64,000 bases of DNA from Hemiscyllium ocellatum (Eukaryota): contig NC_083409.1 of assembly GCF_020745735.1 (NCBI RefSeq), positions 18,682,341-18,746,340 of the forward strand, in the 5' to 3' direction. The notes under the pieces are model-generated. The model saw only the letters and a list, made by a program, of their open reading frames with translations. It made no database searches and had not been told where the DNA came from. The first letter of the stretch is position 1. Each line of letters starts with the position of its first letter. Below, one piece after another: positions 34,909 through 47,396 of the stretch. The translations under genes and the position numbers were made by a program.

Positions 34909-37450
34909 GAGGAATTGATGGCCGGAGTTCATGACCCCGCACTGTGTGAGGGTTGGTGTGAAGTGAGGCCACTGTGTTGGAGCTTGGGCTCCTGCCTCAG
35001 GACGGAGTGGGGGGAGGGGCGTTGGAAATGCGATAGGTGGAAGGAGGTCATGGTGAGGGGGATAGGCCAGAGTTGGGATGGGAGTGGAGAGGTCAGGAAG
35101 AAGATTGCAGGTTAGGAAAACGGTGCTGAGTTCGAGGGAATTGACTGAGATATATTTCCCTCCCCTCTCTTATCTGCGTTCCGAAAAGACCTCTCCCTCC
35201 GTGACTCCCTCGTCTGGTCCACACTCCCCATCAACCCAACCTCCACTCCCGGGACCTTCTCCTGCAACCGCAAGAAATGCAAAACTTGCGCCCACACCTC
35301 CCCCTTTACTTCCCTCCAAGGCCCCAAGGGATCCTTCCATACCCGCCACAAATTCACCTGCACCTCCACACACATCATTTACTGCATCCGCTGCACCCGA
35401 TGTGGCCTCCTCTACTTAGGGGAGACAGGCCGCCTACTTGCGGAGCGTTTCAGGGAACACCTCTGGGACACCCGGACCAACCAACCCAACCACCCCGTGG
35501 CTCAACACTTCAACTCCGCCTCCCACTCCACCATGGACATGCAGGTCCTTGGACTCCTCCATCGCCAGACCATAGCAACACGACAGCTGGAGGAAGAGCG
35601 CCTTCCGCCTAGGAACCCTCCAACCACAAGGGATGAACCCAGATTTCTCCAGTTTCCTAATATCCCCTCCCCCCCAATCTTGTCTCAGTCAAATCCCTCA
35701 AAATCAGCACCGCCTTCCTAACCTGCAATCTTCTTCCTGACCTCTCCGCCCCCACCCCCACTCTGGCCTATCACCCTCACCTTGACCTCCTTCCACCTAT
35801 CGCATTTCCAATGCTCCTCCCCCAAGTCCCTCCTCCCTACTTTTTATCTTAGCCTGCTGGACACACTTTCCTCTTGCCTGAAAAAGGGCTCATGCCCGAA
35901 ACATCGATTCTCCTGCTCCTTAGATTCTGCCTGACCTGCTGCGCTTTTCCAGCAACACATTTTCAGCTCTGATCTCCAGCATCTGCAGTCCTCACTTTCT
36001 CCTGCCTCAGGCTCAGGTGTCGGGGCCTGTACAACAATCTGCATTTTGTCTTTTTTCTCTTTCTGATCACAGACTTTTTGATATTGTTTAACAAGTTAAT
36101 GACATACATGCATCAGTGTTGTCTATGGCTGAAATAATTTAACATCATGGTACTCGTTTTTAATGGACATGTTCTCATGATAATACTGTTTTCAATATTT
36201 CTCTCTCCTTACGTGTTATTGAGACATTTGCAAATGAGGACAGTGCGTCTTCAACACGGAGTGAAGGGCTGGGTGGGTGTTTGAATTCTCATCTCACTAT
36301 CGTCTAGCATTCAAAGAAAAGGCTGTAGTATTTGTAGCTATATTTGAAATGAGATTGCACCCAGGTTTTATAAACGTTATGTTTCAAATTGATTTTTGGA
36401 ATGCTAATCGGCAATAAAAATATCCTGTTCAGTTTTGTAGCTCAGTAGTTGTGTTTGTTCCCTGAGATTCTGAGAGTTTATACAACACGCCATTTGCCTG
36501 TGACCCAGTTGTTGGTTGAAGCCTCTGGTTGTTCGGTGAGTCCAAGCCAGTGCCTTGCTCTCTGCAGTTATACCATCAACTTGATTTCTCAGTGTGAGCC
36601 AGGAGACCACTGCGTGGTGACTTCCTGTTCCACTGTCGGTGTTTAAAGCAAATGGGAACTGTCAAGGTTAATCCCATCATGAACATCAGAACATGATATT
36701 CAGCTGGAACTACCTCCACTGACTCATTTCTTTGGCCACCATTGCAGTAAAGGCAAATCTCTCCCTTTGCCAGCACAAAGAGAAAGTGCCCGTCAGATTC
36801 CCTCGTGTGTGATGGTTTAGCCCAATAGGAGCAGCACTGGTAGATCATGCTGCATCAGCCTGGACAGAAAACTGGGCAACCTCCAAATGAAAGCATGACC
36901 TTCAATGGATCTGCTGTGATAGGAAATATGGAATTGGAATACTTTTTAGTGAATCACCTCGTCTACTGTGAAAATATAAAACAATCTAATTTCCCAGAAA
37001 CATACATTACAGCACAGCGAGAAAGTGGGGAACAAGCAATTCCTGACCTCCCCATCCTGAGGAGTGTCACTGTTCCTGTCCCCTCTCTCTCTTTGGGGAG
37101 CATCGCAGTTACAGTCCCCTTTCCCTCCCCAGGCGGTCTCGCTGTTACTGTCTCCTCTCCCGCTTTGGGGAGCGTTGCTGTTGCCGTTCCCACTCTTTGA
37201 GGGGTCTCCCTTTTAATGCTCTCTCTCCCTTGCTGGGAGTATTCTTTCTGTCTGAGGATGTTATTGCTTCTCCCTCCCCTCTCAGTTTGGTCAGTCCTGT
37301 CTGGGCCCGGAACAAAAGCACAAACTAACTGGAGACAAACCAGATCAAGTCACAATGAGAGTGTCATTGACCTTCACACTCAATGTTGCCAAAGAGGACA
37401 TTGTCCCAGAGATTAATGATTCATTCTAGATTTTAAACAAGAGACTGAGA
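34909..37450 (-). repeat. Locus-specific module copy M4, inverted and truncated
   Basis: Reverse complement of ~23780-25545 with deletions; interrupted by a PLE at 35002-36011. Confidence 0.85.
35002..36011 (+). mobile_element. Penelope-like element insertion with inverted 5' segment and 13-bp TSD
   Basis: ctcctgcctcagg at 34989-35001 and 35999-36011; 35002-35150 is an inverted copy of 35683-35828; GIY-YIG IYCIRCTRCGLLYLGETGR. Confidence 0.85.
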
Positions 37451-37451
37451 T

Positions 37452-37986
37452 TGTGAGGGTTGTGGTGGAAAGAACACCCACTACTCTAAGAAAATTACCA
37501 GGAGATGCAGAAAATCCTTCATGAAGTTAAACTTTTATTTGCAAATACAAGCTGTGGCAATCAAAAACTGTCTGTCCTGTCTGCCCACCCTCCTCCTGGA
37601 GTCTCTCCAGTTTATACTTTCCTAGTTTCTACACTAATCTGATCGCATTAGCATAACCAATCATACTAGCTTGCTTTGTCTCTCTAAACTAATCATCGCC
37701 TGACACACTGGTCTACCGCTTACACTTAACCTATCACATTGCACCACCATCATCTTTAACATTAGCTCATCTATCGTGTGATTTAACTAGCCTATCAGAG
37801 TGTGCTACCATTATCTGTTACCTGAGCCCTGTTACATGACCCGATACATGCATTACTCCACGAAGTTAATGACATAACTGCCAAATTAACTTCCATATAT
37901 TCCATACTAGTTACTTTGTTTTCTAGACTAGCAGCCCGAAGTTTGCACCATTGCATTTAAAGTATCTATGAGCTCCTCCAAACACA
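37452..37986 (-). mobile_element. Candidate solo LTR, different family from the 28-kb LTR
   Basis: TG...CA ends, AATAAA (37534-37539) and TATAAA (37611-37616) on minus, CCAAT; flanks agat/tgat form only an imperfect TSD. Confidence 0.55.
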
Positions 37987-38349
37987 TGATTGTGCAGGCA
38001 TATGCATTGTTGCAACAAATAGTTTAATCATGTCTTTAAAGGATGGAAACCTGATGTTCTCACCTATTCTGACTTACAGTGGTTCAGATCCCTTTCTACA
38101 TAGGTCATCCGTGATTCCGTCAGCAATATCTGATTTGCTAGATTTCCACCCCCCACTTCAATAAAAAAGCCAAATTATTTGTTTCCCAACAAGAAGGAAA
38201 CATACAGATCTACGATGGAAAGGTGCTTCATGTTTGATGCTGTTCTGGTGCCTGCTTTGTGATGAGTTCATGGTCTTTGCATTTGCTAACCTATTTCTAC
38301 TGTTATTCAGATGGAATTATTCTTCTGGTGGCTGATTCACTCAAAATTA

Positions 38350-38960
38350 ATTCATGTAAATTGAGAGGCTGAGCTCAGCAGGTAATAGTGAAGGCAAAGT
38401 GCTGTTGGTCTTTATTTCAAAGGGAGCAGTGTGTAAAAATAGAGAGGTCTTGCTAAAATTATACCATGAAAAGTTTGATCCCCTTATCTGAGGAAAAATA
38501 TACTGGTATTTGAGATAATCCAGAGAAAGTTCACTGTTAATTCTGTGTATGGAGGGATTTTCTTATGACAGGTTGAATAAGTTAGACTCGTATTGATTGG
38601 AGTTTAAAAGAATGAGAGGGAACCTGATTGACACATAAGGAATTCTTAGAAGACTTGACAGGGTAGATGCTGAGAGAGTATTTCACCTTTGTGATAAAGT
38701 CTAGGGCCAGAGGGCATAAACTCAGAGTAAGGGGTCGCTCATTTGAAACCAGTTAGGAGGAGTTCCTTCTCAGGATAGTGAATCTGTGGAATTCTTTACC
38801 ACAAGATTGTCAGGGCTGGGAAGCTAAACATATTCAAAGCTAAAATTAATTTTTGTCCAGTAAGAAAATAGAAGGTTATGTGAACAGGCAGGAAAGTGGA
38901 GTTGCAGATTATCAGATAACCCATAAGCTTACTGAAAGGTGAAGTGAACTTGGGTTGAAT
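38350..38960 (+). mobile_element. CR1 3' fragment
   Basis: Nucleotide similarity to the 3' end of the other CR1 copies. Confidence 0.75.
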
Positions 38961-38969
38961 GGTCTGTTT

Positions 38970-39507
38970 CAGAGGTGGGGAACCTTTTTATGTTGGAAGG
39001 CCACATAATGTTAGTTGTAATGTAATAAGGTCTCATCCAGGAGACTTCAATTGTATAAATGGTGATACTGTTAAACTGTGTAACTATTCTCAAATTTCAC
39101 TTCAAATGGAAAGCCACGTGCACTGTTGTCATCAGTTGATAAACACTGGTGTACTGGATACACACAGGCTCTCGCCAACCAGCCTCAGGCAGAAGTGGCT
39201 CCAGTCAGGCAGGGAAGATAACGTACAATCTACAAACGCATTATAACTAAATCATGAGCATAGCAGGTGTCGAAATAGCCCTTATGACTTACCAATTTTT
39301 TTATTGTGGCGGTCAATCTGTGAGGATTATTTTGCTGAATTTTCTTTTACTCTCTGGTATTTTAAATACATTCATGTTAAGATTAAAATAAAACAATAAA
39401 GGATGAAAAAAAATTAATAAAAAAATAAAAGATTTGTTCTGCAAAATTTGGATTCATTCAAAAGGCCACACACAATGGCCTGGAAGGCCGCAGGTTCCCC
39501 ACCCCTG
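38970..39507. mobile_element. hAT-family non-autonomous element (538 bp)
   Basis: TIR CAG(A/G)GGTGGGGAACCT; perfect 8-bp TSD GTCTGTTT (38962-38969, 39508-39515). Confidence 0.92.
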
Positions 39508-39519
39508 GTCTGTTTATTC

Positions 39520-42400
39520 TATGTCTTATTATTTTTTGGTCATTCATGACACAAGTATTGCAAGCATAACAGCATTTATTACTCTTCATTGATTGTGTTT
39601 CGTAATGTGGTGAGTTTTGAATTGCAGTAAGGGTGAACTTTGCAGATGTTTGACCAAATGACAGTGAAGGAATGTCTTTATAATTTCAAGTTTTGGTGGT
39701 ACATGGTTTGGAGGGGAGCTCCAATGTACTTGTTATCTTTGCTTTCATAGGTGGAGGTCAGGAGTTTGGATAGTGTTGAGACACAAGCCTTGATAGGTTG
39801 CTGAACTGCTGGCATTGTGCAACAGTGACTGAGGAATATAAAAGGCTTATATTGGGTGCCATTGGGTGCTACATTGTCCTTGATTTCAACTTCTTGAAAT
39901 ATTTTTTGTAATAATTCCTGTTTTTCGGCAGGCAATACATCTCAAAAACAATCACATTTGTTTCAACAAAATGTAGTAGACAATATATTTTGGCCCAAGG
40001 AAGGACTGGACTTCTTGGCAATGATCTGAATTTGTATCTGGAATTTTAATGGATCTGTCAACATGGAAAATAGTGAATTCATTGTTTAAGAATATTGTGT
40101 GTGTTACTTTTGTTGTGGAATATTTCAGCAACTGCGTTGCACTTTATCAAAATGTGAGCAGAGTTTTCAGAGCAGATTGTAGGATGTAGGTTGGACTGAA
40201 GCTTTCTCAGTGAGACAAAACTATTATTAGAATTTTTTTTTTCAATTTTCAACCAAACAGGGGAAAACCTCAAAGAAGAGCTATGTAATTGGAAGAGCAT
40301 TGAGTTGTCAGTGTGACAGAGGGATTTACTGTACTTAGTGCCTTCTTCCCCAAGCTGCATTCATCCAGACATCCTGATGTGGAAACAAAACAGAAATTTC
40401 TTAAACTCTAGCAGGTCTGGCAGCATCTGTGGAGAGAAAGCAGAATTAATTCCTTCTGAAGCATCCTGACTTGTACTTTTTGCATCAGACTTTGCCGAGT
40501 CAGGAGGTAAATTACTTCGCACAGAGTTCACAGCCTCTGATGTTATCCTGTAAACCTTGTTTATTTGGCTAATCCAGTTCCATTTCTGGTAAATGGTGAC
40601 ATCCTCCAGGATACTGTTAGTGGGATTCAACGATGGTAATGTCGTGAATGATGAGGGGAGATGACTGGATCCTATGTTTTGGTCATTGTCTGGCACTGTT
40701 TGTCACCAATGTTATTTCTAACCTATCAGCCCAAGACTTCTAGAATGTTGTTCAGGTTTTACTGATAGTGACTCGGAATACAGCTGAGGAATTATGAATG
40801 GGATTCAACAGTGTGAGTCATGAAGCATCCCCATTTCAGACCTTATGGAGAAAAGGACTCTGAAGATGATTGGATCTAGGACAATGCCCTGGGACTGAGG
40901 TGTTTGAACCTGCAACAGGCACAACTATTTCCTAATTCCATTGGTTTCAATTTTTCTAACACTCCTTGATATCATACTTCACCAAAAGCTCCCGTAATGT
41001 CAGCCCAATTATTGGATGTAATGAGGATTGGAGCTGAATGGCCCTGACAGAAGCCAAACTGGGCATCAGTCACCGTTTTATTGGGGAATGTATTTCTTCA
41101 TTGCATTGTTAATGATGATCAACCATTTTGCTGAAGGTTAAGCAGAGACAGATGGAGCAACGTTTGAATACTTTGGACATTCCTCCATTTTGAGGGCAGG
41201 ATTAACCTGGGTAAATTTACACATTGTTAGTAGTTGTCAGTGTTGTTGCTGCATTTAAACAGATTGCCAAGAGATATGACTCATTCTGGAGCACAAACCA
41301 CCAATCGTATAGTTAATATGTTTTCAAGCCTTATTGCTATTGCAGTGTCCTCTTATCCCTTCATAAGTATCAGAGAAGGATGGAGTTAAGTTGGTTATTT
41401 TCCCCATTGGTTTTGTTACTATGTGCTGCAGACCAAATCTACCAAATTTAGATTAGATTAGATTACTACCAGTGTGGAAACAGGCCCTTCGGCCCAACAA
41501 GTCCACACCGACCCACCGAAGCGCAACCCACCCATACCCATACCCTTATATTTACCCCTTACCTAACACTACGGGCAATTTAGCATGGCCAATTCACCTG
41601 ACCCGCACATCTTTGGACTGTGGGAGGAAACCGGAGTACCCGGAGGAAACCCACGCAGACACGGGGAGAATGTGCAAACTCCACACAGTCAGTCGCCTGA
41701 GTCGGGAATTGAACCCGGGTCTTCAGGCGCTGTGAGGCAGCAGTGCTAACCACTGTGCCACCGTGCCGCCCTGCACCAACCTGGCCATTAGTGCTGCTAT
41801 GGAAGTATTTTTGGAGATGAAAACTGAAGTCATATACTTAGAGTACATTCTGAGCCCTTGCCATCCTCACCACTTCCTCAACATGGAATACTGATTCACC
41901 AGTTAGGGGGTGGCGGGAATCAGCAGGAAGTTGTCCATGGTTGACCTGATGCCCTCAGACCTTATGGAATCTGAAGTCAATATTGAAGTCTCCCAGAGCA
42001 ACTCACTCCCAATTGTATGATACTGCCACTACCTCTGCTGAGTCTGTCCTGCTAAGGAGGAGTGTGCAACATTGGCTGTAAATTGGGTGTGACTATGTCA
42101 GGCTGAATCTTGAGTGTTCTGTGGGGCAATTAGACACAATCCCTGAATATGAGTAAGGAGAACTTTGCAGAGTTGTCTGGGATGGATATATCGCTGTTAT
42201 TTCTGGTTCTTTGATTGTTATTACATGGTGTGTTAGGTTTTATTATTTACCTTCCCCAGCAGTTTATGGAAGAACTAGGTGGCTTACTTGGCTACTTCAG
42301 ACTGAAGAGCCAACCATGTTGCTGTGGGCTTGGAGACATATGGAGACCAGAACGGGTGGGGAAGACAGGTGTTCTTACATAAGGGATGGCAGAGTTTTCA
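39520..42400 (-). mobile_element. Old decayed CR1-clade LINE
   Basis: Reverse strand gives remnants such as NWISQINKV... and an RT-like region; heavily mutated, boundaries approximate. Confidence 0.5.
41448..41770 (-). mobile_element. HE1-type V-SINE
   Basis: Near identical to 1971-2277. Confidence 0.92.
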
Positions 42401-42969
42401 AAGTGGTGACCCTGGGAAAGTGTTTGGTATTGCCAGGGGCATATGGGTGTGTTTAGTATTCATGGGATACGTTTTGGGAAGTTTATTATTTCCTATCTGT
42501 TTTCTGGAATGTTTTCAGTGTTGCTGGGGTGTCAGCATTTTAAAAATGTCCCTGAGAATGTGTTGGTATTTGGTATTTACATGGACTCTCATGGAGGGTT
42601 TCAGCATTTATTGAGGCTCCCTGGCAGCGTGCTTGGTCTTTTAGAATCTTCATCCATGTGTTTGAATGTTTATTCAAATAGATGGGAATAACTATTTGTA
42701 AAAATGGAATCATAGCAAATGAAAGAAATTTAAAATTCTCTATGATGTTTTTCATTTTCCCAAACTAGATTTGTCAACTTTGCATTGAATCAACACTCTT
42801 GTGTATATTAGGTCAAGATTCTTTTAAGTGATGTTTATATCAGATATTTCTGGAAGTTTCCAAAGATGTCATCTTTGTTCCGAGACTTAAGTAAGGGTTA
42901 TGGTTTTTGTCCTAGCATCGAATGAAATTTATAATGTGGAGGTGCTGGTATTGGACTGGGGTGGACAAA

Positions 42970-43200
42970 GTTAAAAATCACACAACACCAGGTTGTAGTC
43001 CAGCAGGTTTACTTGCAAGTACAGTACTAGCTTTCAGAGTGCTTCTCCTTCATCAGGTCATTGTCAAGCAGGATCATAAGACACAGGATGTTATGATCCT
43101 GGTCTGCAGCTAGCTGATGAAGGAGCAGCACTCTGAAAGCTAGTACAGTACTTCCAAGTAAACTTGTTGGACTACAACCTGGTGTCGTATGTTTTATAAC
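42970..43200. ncRNA. Palindromic PLE-derived mini-element with two divergent hammerhead cores
   Basis: Arms 42970-43056 and 43114-43200; CTGATGA...GAAAGCTA at 43114-43142 (+) and 43028-43056 (-). Confidence 0.75.
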
Positions 43201-44944
43201 TCTGTAGAAATTCGGCAATGTGTGGAGTGGAGTATCTTTTGGTTGTAGTGTACTGATGGTGTTTCGCCTCTGGTTTTCTTCAGCTTCTTCCTGTCAACTG
43301 ATGTAAATTTCAGTCTCAGCAGTCTACTGGTTTCTCATTCTGTTGCAGTATTTAGAGTTCTCAGACATGTGCAGTTTTGGCACGGTTTCACTTAACAGGC
43401 AGTCATCCCGATAAGATGGGCCATCTTTTTGAACAGCTGTGGCCCTTGTGATGGTGGTAGGTGATTTGGGATTAAATAGAGCTACCAGTGATGAAGGAGC
43501 AAGTCAGAGAGCGTGTGTGGAGGTGATGTGCCTAAGGTGCTGACTCATTTGTAGTGTCAGAAATATCTTTGAAGTTTTCAAGTTGGCAGGGTTAGTGTTT
43601 GAAAATGTCAGACTGTATCTGAACCTAGAAGTGTCTAGAAAATGAAATGTGCCATCATAACCTTTTTAATGTAGAAAGATGATTATTCCTGTAAGGTGTT
43701 GACCCGATCTCAATTTCTTTCTCTTGGAATGGAAATTTATTTTCTCAATTTTCTTCCCTGTTCTCCATATTCTGACTGAGAATTTGGCCAAGTAATCACT
43801 TTTTGTTTCTGAGCCTTTATCATGTGTTGCCAGGCAAATTAGAGAAGGAATCAGAGGGCTGATCCATCCCACAGGAGTGCACTTGGCAAAGGGGAATCAC
43901 TGGATGGATTTTCTTACCTTTTCTGACTAAGTTGAACCCGTTCCCTACAGCTTGGAGATTGATCAGTTGCAGAACACTTCAGCTCGGTGGTGTGCAACAA
44001 TCTCACAGTGTTGTGTGTAATCGTACAACAGGGCCTGTGTCTGTTGTCTGGTATTGATCTGTGCAACTTCAGAAAAGAAAAGAAAACTTGTTTTAAAGGC
44101 ACTTTTTACAATCATGGGACATTCTTTATGTGGCTTACAGCCAGTGAAACACTTTGTAGTTTATGAAATACCAAATGCAAAATACAATTTGAGAATATTA
44201 GATTTATTAAAATAGCAAATTGTTGAATAGAATATTCTGTTGAAATAAACATTGACCAGAATGCTGAGGTCTTCTGCATCCGTCTCATCTGAAGGACACC
44301 AACTTCAAAACAGTGCAGTACACCCTCAGTACTGTACAGGTCATTCTGCTATAATGTGCATTTTATTAACACAAATTTGCTATAATATGATTGACAAATT
44401 GGGAACACTGTTTCTAAAGCACTAACTTTGAAACATGTGTTGGCCGATTACATCACGAAGACTTTAAGTGCTGTTTCTAAAATGTGATTTTTTTCTATAT
44501 CATGGGGTTTGGACAGCAATGCAACCATTGTGTTATGGAAGAACTACCTGGAGTACCTGGATTATCTGCTCAAGTCTCTGGTGGGATTTGAACCCACAAT
44601 CTACTGTCTCAGGCTACACAACTGCTATCTGGTCAGTGACTGCACTTTCCTGCTCTTAAAATAAGTGGCACAGTCGTGATGAAATACCCTTTGGGTGTAG
44701 TCTGCACATTATATTATATCATATTGCTTCCATTCTGATCCTCTTTATTTGTCTAAATCAATTCAGAACCAACTAATTTCCTGAATTATCAACCCTTCCA
44801 CACATTCTCATGTCAATAAATTTTATTCATTGCCCTGAAGGCCTCAATTGACAGAGAACAGCAAAAGACCAAGCAGAGTATCAGATCTAATTGTTTAAAA
44901 TATTAAACTTCTTTGATGTATAGGATATTTGATTAACCTACATG

Positions 44945-45104
44945 CAGAGGAGCCTCGATTATCTGGCATTTGATTATCTGAATTTCGGATCATCCGAACT
45001 ACATTGTAAGATCCCAATGTTTGGCTAAACTGTATTACCCGGATTTCAATTATCCAAACAAAACACTCCTTACCCATGTCGCTCAGGTAATCGAGGTTCC
45101 TCTG
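44945..45104. mobile_element. Tc1/mariner (Tigger-like) MITE
   Basis: TIR CAGAGGA(G/A)CCTCGATTA; TA on the right flank, TG on the left. Confidence 0.75.
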
Positions 45105-45599
45105 TAAATTGTTCCATTGTTTTAAATTGTGCTTCCTTGTGAATCTCCATTATTACTTGAAAAGCACTCTTTCAGACAGTGAGTCCCACATCCCACCAGT
45201 CTCTGGGTGAAAACAATTACCCTCAACTCCCCTCTAATCCTGCAACCAACTGATTCCAATCTCTCCCCAGGGTTATTGCCCTCTGTGCTGGTGGAAATCA
45301 GTCCTTCCTACCCACTCTGTCCAGGCCCCTCATCATTTTACACACCACCATCAAATCTCCCCTCAGCCACCTCTGTTCCAATGAAAACACTCCCAGCCAA
45401 TCCAACCATTCCTCAAAGCTCAAAGTCCCCATTCCACACAAACACTTCCTCTGTCCAGGTCTCTCGAGGGATCACATCCTTCCTGTAATGTGGTGACCAG
45501 AACCGTACACAGTTCTCTCACTGTGCTCTAACTGGGGTTTTATACGGTTCCAGAATAAACAAACTCCTTGCTTTCACAGTCAACCAAAAATGAGATAAG

Positions 45600-45935
45600 G
45601 GAGGTGATGGTCTAATGGTGTTATTGCTGAGCTGTTAATCCAGAGATCCAGGTAATGTTCTGGGGACCAGGGTTAGAATCCAGTAGATGGTGGCATTCAA
45701 TTTCAATCAAAAAAAATCTGCAATTAAGAGACTAATGATGACCATGAAACCATCATTGATTGTCAGGAAAAAGCATCTGATTCCCTTATGTCCTTTAGGG
45801 AAGGAAACTGCCATCCTTACCATGTGACCCCAGACCCACAGCAATGTGGGTGACTCTAAACTGCCCTCTGGGTAATTAGGATGGACAATAAATGCTGCTG
45901 ATCCAGCAATGCCCTCATTCCATCAAGGGAAAAAG
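45600..45935 (+). mobile_element. DeuSINE-type (SacSINE1-like) SINE
   Basis: tRNA-like head, tttagggaaggaaactgccatccttacc...gacccacagcaatgtgg core, ggatgg.caataaatgct tail. Confidence 0.65.
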
Positions 45936-47067
45936 TAAAACAGTTTCTCCCATGTGTCTTCTGAACCACCTCACTGACCTGCATTCATTAGTCACCATGG
46001 CCACATTTTCCACCTCCACACACATCTGACTTCCGGCTTCAATTGATGAGAGACATTCCTTCATTATCTGCGATACAGATAGAAACATCAAACACAGGAG
46101 CAGCAGTAGGCCATTCGGCCCTTCAACCCTTCTCCACCATTCAATATGATCATGGCTGTTCATCCAACACAGTCCCCTGTTCCTACTTTCTCCCCATATT
46201 CTTTGATCCCTTTAATCCTAAGAACTATATCTAATTCCTTCATAAATACACATTGCATCTAATTCCCTTTTGCTGGAAAAATAGATGACAATTATTGGGT
46301 TGTTGTTTTTTGACCAGTATGGACACAATGGGCTAATGGGCCTTTTGGGTCCCTATGACCCTATTATTATATATTATGAATAACTGGGTACCAAGGGCTG
46401 ACCCCTGTGGCACCCTAAGTTGTAATTACCTGCCATTCAGAAAAAGACTCATTCTTTCTGTGCTGCCTGCCAAGCAGTTCCCAATCCACGTCAGTACGTG
46501 AACCCCAATCCTCTTGTTCATTTGGTCTAGATCTGGGAGTCCCACCCTTACTCATTGTGGGAACAGATTCTGAACGATCTCTATCTCATCCTTCGAAGGA
46601 TCCCACTGCCCTGACACTGATTTCCCATCATGTCATTGGTTCTGATCCACTTTTACCAAAGCACCGCACAGTTTAGTAAAATGAAAACTTTTACACTTGC
46701 TCCATGGTTCTCCATTTCCATCCCTACTCTCAATCTCCCTGAGTTCTCATCACTGTCACTAAAATGATCCCCATCAATAGCCCTTCCAGATGCCCACATT
46801 CATTCCATAACCGATGGTCCAAAATTGTCCCTTCTCTCTCTGCTGCTTCACCATCACCTTCTCAGGGGCAACTAGGGACGGTAATGAATGTTGGCCCTGC
46901 CAGTGACACTCAGATCCCAAGAAGCAATTTGAACAGTGTCTGTTCTTTTGTCTGGTTTGTTAGGTATTGACTACAAATGTTCAAAAAGATTGTATTGCCA
47001 GTGAATATTGTGAGGGTTGAATTCCCTTCAAATGGCAGGGATGAAAATTGTTTCTCTTGTCTTTCAG

Positions 47068-47396
47068 GCCGTGAGAACTCTCAGCCCAAGCTGACCTTGC
47101 TTCCCCCCTCCCCGGAACAGGTCAATGACACGGGCACTGCCACCCTGGTGTGCCTTGCCAATCACTTCTATCCCGATGAGCTGGAGGTGCAGTGGAAGAA
47201 GGACGGTGCAGTCATTTCGGACGGGGTTCAGACCAGCAACTACCTGCGAGCTTCGGACAGCACCTACAGTGTCAGTAGCCTGCTGACCCTCTCTGGGTCT
47301 GACTGGGAGTCCGACGCTCGCTTCTCCTGCGCTCTCACCCATGTGACCCTCCCCTCTCCCCTCAGCAAGGGCATCAGTAAATCAGAATGTGTGTAG
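47068..47396 (+). CDS. IGKC: Ig kappa-type light-chain constant exon C2, intact
   Basis: Acceptor tttcag at 47062-47067, phase 1; both Cys, the core Trp and the C-terminal ECV present; closely resembles recalled nurse shark NS4 C. Confidence 0.96.

Noticed and set aside
42902-42938. GGTTTTTGT followed by taatgtg, resembling a J-type 23-RSS
   Set aside because: Spacer is 21 bp, the heptamer is poor, and the downstream sequence is a PLE terminus with no FGxG.
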